Source: an uncultured Clostridia bacterium (GTDB taxonomy: Bacteria; Bacillota; Clostridia; TANB77; CAG-508). Taken from it: a DNA stretch of 64,000 nt. This document shows positions 49,338 to 56,801 of the stretch, one piece after another (the stretch's first letter is position 1; each line of letters begins with the position of its first letter). The translations under genes and the position numbers were made by a program. Location: positions 24,228 through 88,227 of the forward strand of contig CAKPDY010000003.1 in assembly GCA_934149165.1 (NCBI GenBank), read 5' to 3'. Below the pieces are notes generated by a model. The model was given only the letters and a program-made list of their open reading frames with translations. It was not told where the DNA came from and ran no database searches.

Positions 49338-50348
49338 TCACTCACCTTCTTTATATTTTTTATACTCAATATATTTTTGCTTCATATATAGCCCAAGTCC
49401 AATTTCAATTTGGTTATTTTTTATTTCTAAATCTGTATTTCCAGCATAGTCATAATCATTACCAAATTCATTAATTTTTTTATAATCTATATTATTATAA
49501 TAGTTCTTAAATCTTTCAAAATCCTCTATTGATTCAAATTCTATTACAATTTCATTAAATCTATTCATTGCATATTTCTCCTCAGAATCATCATATCCTT
49601 TAGGATAATTATACAAAAAATCTCTTAAAATACTATCTTTAGAATCTTTTATAAAATACTTGTATCTATATGGATTATTTCCAATATGTATAAATTCATC
49701 GAGTGGTACGACTGTTGTTAATCTTCCAGAATCTAAGCTTACAATTTGCTTAGAATAAATACATGTATCATTATATTTTAAATACAAAGTGGAAAAAGAA
49801 GTACTCTCATTCGTCATTAAATAACTGTAGAATTCGGTATTATAATTGTCTTCACTAATAATTTCAATTTTATAACTAGGGTTCTCCTTATAATAGTATC
49901 CCTCTATGTTTTCATCTCTTATTTCAGCCCAATTTTCAGTGTCTCGTAATGTTTCAAAAATATATTCTAATTTGTTCCTTTGACTTAATATAATTCTTTT
50001 TTCAAAATTATATCCGACTATACTTTCTGTTTGCTCTTTCCATGACTTTATTAATTTAACAGTATATTTATTTTCATCGCTATCAATTAATTTTGCACAA
50101 CTTTGACATAACCAGATTCCATTATTTATACTTTTTCTTTCTTCTTCCGACATATTTTTATCATATCTAGGACCTCCAGGTGCAGCTGCACATATATGAG
50201 CAGCAACTCCTATATTATTAACTCCATTCTCACTATCTGGTCCAATAGTAATCTTTCTACAATTCGGATTAGAACATACATAAAGTACTCTTTTGGCTAA
50301 TTTATTTTTTACTGTAGATGTAAAATTATCTCTTTTATCATTATTCAT
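49338..50348 (-). CDS. HNH/His-Me-finger-like nuclease domain protein with unknown C-terminal domain
   Basis: Start trimmed to MNNDKRDNF (ATG 50346-50348, AGGAG RBS). CSNPNC...GVAAHICAAAPGGPRY...NNGIWLCQSCAKLID is a CxnC/H/N/CxxC arrangement. The stop lies 3 nt before the next ATG. Confidence 0.6.
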   Translation of the reverse strand: MNNDKRDNFTSTVKNKLAKRVLYVCSNPNCRKITIGPDSENGVNNIGVAAHICAAAPGGPRYDKNMSEEERKSINNGIWLCQSCAKLIDSDENKYTVKLIKSWKEQTESIVGYNFEKRIILSQRNKLEYIFETLRDTENWAEIRDENIEGYYYKENPSYKIEIISEDNYNTEFYSYLMTNESTSFSTLYLKYNDTCIYSKQIVSLDSGRLTTVVPLDEFIHIGNNPYRYKYFIKDSKDSILRDFLYNYPKGYDDSEEKYAMNRFNEIVIEFESIEDFERFKNYYNNIDYKKINEFGNDYDYAGNTDLEIKNNQIEIGLGLYMKQKYIEYKKYKEGE

Positions 50349-50442
50349 TAATACCAACTCCTGTATTTTAGATATAAGTATATAATTATCTTTTAGGAAC
50401 TTAATTTTTATTATAAAAAGCAAAATAATCCTGTAACTATTA

Positions 50443-50471
50443 ATTACTATCATACTTTGCTTTTCTTTTGT
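50443..50471 (-). repeat. Copy 1 of a 29-nt intergenic repeat (19-nt identical core)
   Basis: ATTACT-N4-TACTTTGCTTTTCTTTTGT. Identical core to 55288-55306. Confidence 0.7.
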
Positions 50472-50476
50472 AAAAT

Positions 50477-51118
50477 TTATTCTAAATACTCTTTTAATTC
50501 ATCTACTATTTTATAAACTTTAGTCATTGGATTTCTTTGCGATGCTTGTCCGTCTTTATATAATTCTTCCATATATTCGCAATTTTTTATTGCAGTATGT
50601 AGCTTTCCATCACTATTAACTTTATCAAATATATTTACATCATTCTTAGCATATTCACCCAATCCATTTCTTTGAAATTCTTTACTAAGTTCTTGTAATA
50701 CATCATCTTTTGAAATATATCTATTTACTTTCTTAAAATGTGCCAACAACCAAAGCTCAAAATTAGGATTAGACCAAGCTACATTATAATTGCAATTATC
50801 TATCGCTGAATTAAATTGTTCATCATTATAATCATCTTTGTCAAATACTACCCAGACTTGTCCATATACCTTATTAGCATGATTAACTGTCTTTTGAGTA
50901 TATTTTACTAAAGATGTTGTATTCATTCCTGTACCTTTTATATCAATATTCGGAATTAATACATCTACCTTATTTCCATACTTTTCATTAATCTTTTTCT
51001 TTAATCCATTAAAGTAATTAGGTTCTGTCTTTTTTCCTTCACAGACAATTAAGTAATTGGCTGGTGCTTGCCTTTTACTTTTTAGTCTGTCTTTCCTTAA
51101 AATATTATTATTTTTCAT
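50477..51118 (-). CDS. RloB-like protein (AbiLii-like)
   Basis: LIVCEGKKTEPNYF, VWVVFDKDD and AWSNPNFELWLLAHF match the RloB-family pattern. Confidence 0.8.
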   Translation of the reverse strand: MKNNNILRKDRLKSKRQAPANYLIVCEGKKTEPNYFNGLKKKINEKYGNKVDVLIPNIDIKGTGMNTTSLVKYTQKTVNHANKVYGQVWVVFDKDDYNDEQFNSAIDNCNYNVAWSNPNFELWLLAHFKKVNRYISKDDVLQELSKEFQRNGLGEYAKNDVNIFDKVNSDGKLHTAIKNCEYMEELYKDGQASQRNPMTKVYKIVDELKEYLE

Positions 51119-52340
51119 AATCTATATCAAATTCTTCCAATACTGGAATAGCACCATATCTTCCAGTTAAATAGTCTTTATTGTATGTTGCATCATTTCT
51201 TACTTTTTTACCTGCATTTTTATCATCTTCAAGTATATAATCAGATAATGCATATATTTCTGAAATACCATCTTTATCTTTTTCTGCAAACCATATTTCG
51301 TCTCTTCTAAATGTTTCTTTATTTAGGTTTACTGTGTCATGTGTTGAATATATTAACTGTCCATTGCCTTTATTTGTATCACTATTATGGAATAAATTAA
51401 TAATATATCTTGTTAGTAAAGGATGTAGTTTTGCATCTAATTCATCAACAAATAATACCATCCCATTTTTTAATGCATCCATAAAGAAATCAAATAAGTG
51501 AAACATTTTTCTAGTACCATTAGACTCTAAATAAAATGGTAATGCTTTTAATGCTCCGTTTTCTCCCCTATGAATAACTTCAATATCTATAATGCCATTG
51601 TTACTTTTAACAGCTTCTATTGAATCTGGCGTAGTTTTTATTCCTTCAATTCCAGAATCAAAAGTTTTTATAAATTTTAATAGTTCTTTTTTATAATTTT
51701 CATCACTTAAAATTTTTAATGAAACTCTATTATTAATAAATCTTTCGAAATTCGGATTACCTAAGTCCAAATATGTGCTGTTTACAAACCAATCATATAC
51801 ATTACTAAAATCTTCATTATTTCTATCTATTTTACTATATATATTTAAGAATAATGTTCTTTCGTCTATATTTACTAACTCTGAGATTTTGTTAGGTTTC
51901 ATTGATACATTATTACTTTCTCTTTCAAAAATAGAATAAAATTTATTAACTCTTTTCTCAAATAACCATTCTGAAATTATTTTATCTTTTAAAACTTCAA
52001 AACCATATTTGTATATTTTATTGTTTTTAGCTAATATTTCTACTTCTAAAGCAATTGGATCGTTATTTATCATAAAGCTATATACATTTTCTTCATCAAT
52101 TGGAGAATTCTTTTTAGAGTCGTCACTTACTAATATTCTCTTTTTCATATAATCAAAAGCCTGTAACACGTTAGTTTTTCCACTAGCATTAGCACCATAA
52201 ATTGCAGATACTTTTAAATATTCATCATTATCAACTTTAGCTACATTATATTCGTGTTCTTTTAATGATGTTGCTTCCATATCTAAACAATTTTCGTCTT
52301 TAAATGATTTGAAATTTTTAAAACTAAATCTTATTAACAT
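51108..52340 (-). CDS. AAA_21/ABC-like ATPase (RloA/AbiLi-like)
   Basis: FKNFKSFKD..., Walker A YGANASGKTN, Walker B LFVDELDAKLHP, STHDT. Overlaps the RloB-like gene by 11 nt. Confidence 0.8.
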   Translation of the reverse strand: MLIRFSFKNFKSFKDENCLDMEATSLKEHEYNVAKVDNDEYLKVSAIYGANASGKTNVLQAFDYMKKRILVSDDSKKNSPIDEENVYSFMINNDPIALEVEILAKNNKIYKYGFEVLKDKIISEWLFEKRVNKFYSIFERESNNVSMKPNKISELVNIDERTLFLNIYSKIDRNNEDFSNVYDWFVNSTYLDLGNPNFERFINNRVSLKILSDENYKKELLKFIKTFDSGIEGIKTTPDSIEAVKSNNGIIDIEVIHRGENGALKALPFYLESNGTRKMFHLFDFFMDALKNGMVLFVDELDAKLHPLLTRYIINLFHNSDTNKGNGQLIYSTHDTVNLNKETFRRDEIWFAEKDKDGISEIYALSDYILEDDKNAGKKVRNDATYNKDYLTGRYGAIPVLEEFDIDYEK

Positions 52341-52365
52341 TTTAAAATCCTCCTTTACTTTATAT

Positions 52366-52450
52366 ATTATATGCTAAAATTTTTAAAATATCAATATTTT
52401 TGAGAGATTTTCTCAAAAATATTGACTTTTACTTTAATTTTTGCTATTAT
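52366..52450. promoter_or_regulatory. Divergent promoter pair sharing a 15-bp perfect palindrome
   Basis: TCAATATTTTTGAGA-GATTT-TCTCAAAAATATTGA (52391-52425). The minus strand has TTGATA-17-TATAAT and the plus strand has TTGACT-17-TATTAT. Each -35 box lies in one palindrome arm. Confidence 0.5.
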
Positions 52451-52520
52451 TTTATTGTCATCAACTTTCTAATAAAAATCAAAGGAGGAAGGATTTTATC
52501 CTAGAAAGGCGGTGATAATT

Positions 52521-52664
52521 ATGGCTTGTAAGAAAACAAGTTCAAGTGTTGCTTCAAAAGCTTCAAAACTTTTGAAAGATGGTAGAACTTCAAAAACTAC
52601 AAAATCTGTAGCTGGCTCTGCTTTATCTCAAAGGCAACCAAAACATACACATAAGAAAAAATAA
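52521..52664 (+). CDS. Small basic Ser/Lys/Thr-rich protein (47 aa)
   Basis: AAAGGCGGTGA RBS, then MACKKTSSSVASKASKLLKDGRTSKTTKSVAGSALSQRQPKHTHKKK. A terminator follows. Below the ORF-track size cutoff. Confidence 0.45.
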   Translation: MACKKTSSSVASKASKLLKDGRTSKTTKSVAGSALSQRQPKHTHKKK

Positions 52665-52675
52665 TAAAGGTAAAG

Positions 52676-52703
52676 CAGGCTCCATATAGAGTCTGCTTAT
52701 TTT
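52676..52703. terminator. Bidirectional terminator
   Basis: AAGCAGGCTC-CATATA-GAGTCTGCTT, then TTTTT. Lies between convergent genes. Confidence 0.6.
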
Positions 52704-52704
52704 T

Positions 52705-53964
52705 CTAATACCAATCATAATATGAACCATATTTATCTAATTTATTATTTTTATTATCCATAGATTCTGTATGGTCTCTTTTTCCAAGAAGTTCATCTTC
52801 TTCGTCAATAGTAGGGTCAAACCAATTTGCTTTCTTATTAGCCCAATTAATCCATTCTTTTATTTCATCTGTTAAGTTTTCTTTTTTAGAAACAGCATCA
52901 ATATAATTTCTTATCTCACATGCTATTTTATAATCCTCTGCACAATTTATCAACTCTTTAATTTTTTGTGCTTCTTTCTTTTTGGCATTTCTAATTTTTT
53001 CTTTTCTTTCTTCCTCTTCTCTTTGTCTTCTCGCAATTTCTTCTCTTTCTAGTCTTTCATTCTTCGTTTTTTCAGATTGTTCATATAATTTTATAATTAT
53101 ATCTCCTAGTTTATCTTCCAATCTTATTTTATCATTCTCTCTTATGTATTTTCTGTTACCACAAGTTATTTTTAATTTACCATTATAAACATAATCATAC
53201 TTCCTTATATTAGGCTTATATCCAAATGTATGTCTCTTTTGGGATTCCTCATATTCTAATAGCTTTTTTGCCTCTTCTTTAGTTAATTCATGCATTACTT
53301 TATCTTGTAATTCTTCTATTTCAACTGTAATACGTTCTTCACGAACTTGTAGTGAAAAATCGTTGTTTACTTTTCCTCCTAGTTCTTCTATTGCAAAGTA
53401 AATCGCACTTAATATCTTCATACATCTATCTTTTTGTAGTTTTGATATATTAGAAAAATATCCCTTTTCTACATAATCATGAACATTATAATAAGGATTA
53501 AAATAGTTAGCTTTTCTTTCTTCTCTTCGTTCTTCTTTTTTCTTATTTTTATATTCAATAATTACTTTATGATTTCTCTTATATTTATCTACACTTAGGT
53601 CATAAATAACTTCAGCTACCTTCTTTTTTTCACCTTCTTCTAGAAAATTTAGAAAATTAAATTCTTGAATAAATTTGTCTTTATCACTAACTTTTTCATC
53701 AATCAATACTCCAGTATTTTTTAATGGAATTTCAATTTCTTTTTCTTCTGATTCTGTCAATTCAACAATTTCAGTTGAAAAATCCAATCCCATATTCTTC
53801 TTAGTCCAATATGCCGAAGATGGATATGGAATATTATTTTCTTTGCAAGCTTGTACCAATTTTGTATAATTTAGTCCATATTTTTTAGAAACACCTGTTA
53901 ATGAAATATCCCAAATTTCATCATAAAGTTTTTTTCGTTCAAATTTTATAGATAAACTATCCAT
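52705..53964 (-). CDS. Hypothetical protein: N-terminal HTH-like module, central charged coiled coil
   Basis: Start trimmed to MDSLSIKF (RBS spacing). LYDEIWDISLTGVSKKYGLNYTKLVQACKENNIPYPSSAYW, then RLEREEIARRQREEEERKEKIRNAKKKEAQK. Confidence 0.55.
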   Translation of the reverse strand: MDSLSIKFERKKLYDEIWDISLTGVSKKYGLNYTKLVQACKENNIPYPSSAYWTKKNMGLDFSTEIVELTESEEKEIEIPLKNTGVLIDEKVSDKDKFIQEFNFLNFLEEGEKKKVAEVIYDLSVDKYKRNHKVIIEYKNKKKEERREERKANYFNPYYNVHDYVEKGYFSNISKLQKDRCMKILSAIYFAIEELGGKVNNDFSLQVREERITVEIEELQDKVMHELTKEEAKKLLEYEESQKRHTFGYKPNIRKYDYVYNGKLKITCGNRKYIRENDKIRLEDKLGDIIIKLYEQSEKTKNERLEREEIARRQREEEERKEKIRNAKKKEAQKIKELINCAEDYKIACEIRNYIDAVSKKENLTDEIKEWINWANKKANWFDPTIDEEDELLGKRDHTESMDNKNNKLDKYGSYYDWY

Positions 53965-54039
53965 AAACATCTTCCTTTCCTTCAAATTTCTTTTCTTTAT
54001 TTTCATACTTTCCTAGCGAAAACGCATACTCATATAGTT

Positions 54040-54384
54040 CTAGTTCTCTTGTTCTGCGTTTTCGCTTAATATAAAAAGTAATTCATTTTTCATTGATTCA
54101 AATTCTTTTATGATAGTTTCCAAATTCTTCTCAATATTTTGAACTCTAACTTCAGATATTTTTCCATATTTATATGCAATCAACCTTTCAGCAACTATAT
54201 AATATGACCAACTCTCTGAAAATCCCCTATCATTTTCTTCATTATGAACTGCAAAACCTATCGGTAATAAATTATTTCTCATACCAATGGAAACTGCATT
54301 AGCTGATATTCCTAAATAATCTCCTGCAATCTGGCATGTTATTTTAGTTTTATTTCTTATATCATCATCTGTATATTTGCTCAT
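54040..54384 (-). CDS. Small HTH DNA-binding protein (Xis/phage-regulator-like)
   Basis: ITCQIAGDYLGISANAVSIGMRNNLLP is helix-turn-helix-like. 114 aa. Confidence 0.5.
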   Translation of the reverse strand: MSKYTDDDIRNKTKITCQIAGDYLGISANAVSIGMRNNLLPIGFAVHNEENDRGFSESWSYYIVAERLIAYKYGKISEVRVQNIEKNLETIIKEFESMKNELLFILSENAEQEN

Positions 54385-54403
54385 TAAACTCCCTCCTATT
54401 TTA

Positions 54404-55231
54404 TTATGCTATATTTTCTATTTCCATATTTGGAAAATCATCTATTTGTTTTTCATCTTGAACCATAAATTTATAATCACTATAATAATTTAATCCGTCA
54501 TTAGCACTAGATAACTTGTACTCTAATATGGCATCTTGTTCATATATATTGAATACTAGATCTTGATAATATAAAGTAATTTTAAAATTATATATTTCTT
54601 CTGTTTTCAACCTTAAGACAAATGGTATTATTACCTCTTGTCCTTTTTCAATAACACTTTCTTTAGCAATTTCAAAAATATATTTACGTTTCAATATATT
54701 GCTTTCTATTTTCATATAATATTTTCTTATAGAATTTAATCCAATATTTTTCAAACTTAATGTAATTTGTTGTATAACTCCTTTATCTTCTTCAATATTG
54801 GTATCCAATTGAGTTAATTCAACTGATGCATTTCTTCCTTGTACACAATCGTATTTTAAAAGTGGCATATTTTGTATTCTGAAATTTTCTTTATCTCTCT
54901 TATCATTTTCTTCATTATTCTTTTTTATTTGATAAATTGTAACAAATACTGAAACCAAAGCTGCTATTCCCGCGCTAATAATACCTGTAGTATAAGTTGC
55001 AATGAAATTAAGCCAGTTTTGTGTATTAACATTTATATTCCATCCTAATTCCGTTGGTACATTAAATCTATCAAAATAATAAATAATTAATATTGCACTA
55101 TCTACTATTGCTAATACAATATAAGAAATCTTTTCTACTAAACTATTAGACTTTTCTGTACTTTTATAAATGAAGTATAGTGTTAAGCTTATAATAGTTA
55201 ATGTAATTATAAATAATATAATATTTCCCAT
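54404..55231 (-). CDS. Membrane protein: 4 predicted TM helices + ~150-aa soluble C-terminal domain
   Basis: Start trimmed to MGNIILFII (AAGGAG RBS). Hydrophobic segments are followed by a beta-rich domain without a known motif. Confidence 0.55.
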   Translation of the reverse strand: MGNIILFIITLTIISLTLYFIYKSTEKSNSLVEKISYIVLAIVDSAILIIYYFDRFNVPTELGWNINVNTQNWLNFIATYTTGIISAGIAALVSVFVTIYQIKKNNEENDKRDKENFRIQNMPLLKYDCVQGRNASVELTQLDTNIEEDKGVIQQITLSLKNIGLNSIRKYYMKIESNILKRKYIFEIAKESVIEKGQEVIIPFVLRLKTEEIYNFKITLYYQDLVFNIYEQDAILEYKLSSANDGLNYYSDYKFMVQDEKQIDDFPNMEIENIA

Positions 55232-55277
55232 AAAATTCTCCTTATTAAAAAAAATCAAAATAATTATGTAATATATC

Positions 55278-55306
55278 ATTACTCACTTACTTTGCTTTTC
55301 TTTTGT
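55278..55306 (-). repeat. Copy 2 of the 29-nt intergenic repeat
   Basis: ATTACT-N4-TACTTTGCTTTTCTTTTGT, directly after the stop of the 55307..56200 gene. Confidence 0.7.
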
Positions 55307-56200
55307 CTATTTTTTATTTACTTTTAAAGACTGCTTGATCAATGGAATTACATTATCAATATCATCCTTCTTATCTATTATGATACAATAATCTCCATTT
55401 CCCCAATGACCAATTCCACTAATGTCTTTTGTAAGTTTTAGAGGATCATTTAGGGAATCTTTTTTCATATTAATGTATATTTTTAATTTATTCTTATGAA
55501 ATTCTATATCTGCGATATTTCTAATTCCTTTGAATGCTATGTATAGTTTCTTTGCTTCCACATCTATATCGTCTAATTCTAATATTCTATTTTTTAATTC
55601 TTCATATACTCTTTTTATATTGTCCGAAACTTTAGATAAATGATCTTCCTCAGTATATACAATTATTTCTTTATTAACATCGTTTTGTATAGATTCCATT
55701 TGAATATCTTGCACTTTAACATTGCTTGTCTTTTTTATAAAATCAATTTCGATAATATCATCTTCATATCTCGTTACTTTAACTAAATCTACTGGTATAT
55801 TTTTGAAGTCTGTAGCATTTAATTGATATGCTGTATAGATTGGTGAAACAAATATAATTCTTGATTGGCTCCAATCTATATCTTGAGTAGTTAACGATGA
55901 CTTAGTTTTTATGTTGTATTGAAGAACAAAATCTGCTTTTCTCTCTAACATCAATTTTAAATATGTATAACCCTGGTCAACTAAAGAATTATTTTTAACA
56001 TTTTTATATTCAATTATTCTAAATGATTTAGATTCTTCATCAAAAGCTAAAGAATCAATTCTAAAATCACCTACTACAAATTCTGTATCTATAAATTTAT
56101 ATTCTAATATTGTTTCAATGTTGTTTTCGAAAAAATTTTGTAATTCTTTTTCATTTTTAAAATCCTTTTGTTTTAATTCTTTATTTGCTTTTAAAATCAT
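55307..56200 (-). CDS. PD-(D/E)XK-like (NucS/DUF91-like) N-domain + DUF5655-like C-domain protein
   Basis: FRIDSLAFDEESKSFRIIEYK gives D-x14-E-x-K. The C-terminal segment KKLYIAFKG...GHWGNGDY...DIDNVIPLIKQS resembles DUF5655 as I remember it. Confidence 0.55.
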   Translation of the reverse strand: MILKANKELKQKDFKNEKELQNFFENNIETILEYKFIDTEFVVGDFRIDSLAFDEESKSFRIIEYKNVKNNSLVDQGYTYLKLMLERKADFVLQYNIKTKSSLTTQDIDWSQSRIIFVSPIYTAYQLNATDFKNIPVDLVKVTRYEDDIIEIDFIKKTSNVKVQDIQMESIQNDVNKEIIVYTEEDHLSKVSDNIKRVYEELKNRILELDDIDVEAKKLYIAFKGIRNIADIEFHKNKLKIYINMKKDSLNDPLKLTKDISGIGHWGNGDYCIIIDKKDDIDNVIPLIKQSLKVNKK

Positions 56201-56222
56201 ATAATTTCTCCTTCAAATTAAA

Positions 56223-56779
56223 TTATTCCTTTTCTCCTTCACTAGACTTTTGTCCTGTTAATTGGCAATATCTCTTCGTTGCCTCTTCATCCTTAGCTAG
56301 ATTTGCCATAGTTAACACATAATTAACATTCGTTTGTGAATCTATTGGTACTTTAGATTCAATCGCTTTTCTCACCAATAAAGTTAATGGTTCACCTATA
56401 GCTTGTTTATAGTTAAATCCTATAAGTTGCATAATTGTAAGTGTCTCAACAGACAATATTTTTTCATTTTTTCAATTTCAACTTGATCCGGAAGAAATTC
56501 TCCAAATATAGGCAATAAATTATCCGTAATATATTTTATATCATTTTCTGTAATTTTTTGTGAAACTAATTCTTGTTCATATGCTTGAGCAATTCGTTGA
56601 ATTTCAGCCTTATCATTTAATAAATCAGATATTATTTCTTCCAGTTCAGCAATAATTTCTTTGTCATTTCTTTTTGCTTTACTAGCATTTATTTTCTTTG
56701 ATATAAAACTTGCGCCATTTCTAGCAGTTGCTTCAGCTAAATTTGCTGCTAATTGTGCAACAATTTGATTATCATCCAT
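56223..56779 (-). pseudogene. Hypothetical gene split into two overlapping frames (A6 run at the junction)
   Basis: ORFs 56420..56779 and 56223..56456 overlap by 37 nt. One extra A in the AAAAAA run of ATGAAAAAATATTG would fuse them into a protein of about 190 aa. Confidence 0.4.
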
Positions 56780-56801
56780 TTTTAATTTTTCTCCTCTCTA
56801 T

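Noticed and set aside
54017-54063. Hairpin GCGAAAACGCA ... TGCGTTTTCGC spanning the stop of the 114-aa HTH gene
   Set aside because: It is an 11-bp stem with a 25-nt loop, half of it inside coding sequence, with no U tract. That is too weak to call an attenuator without expression data.
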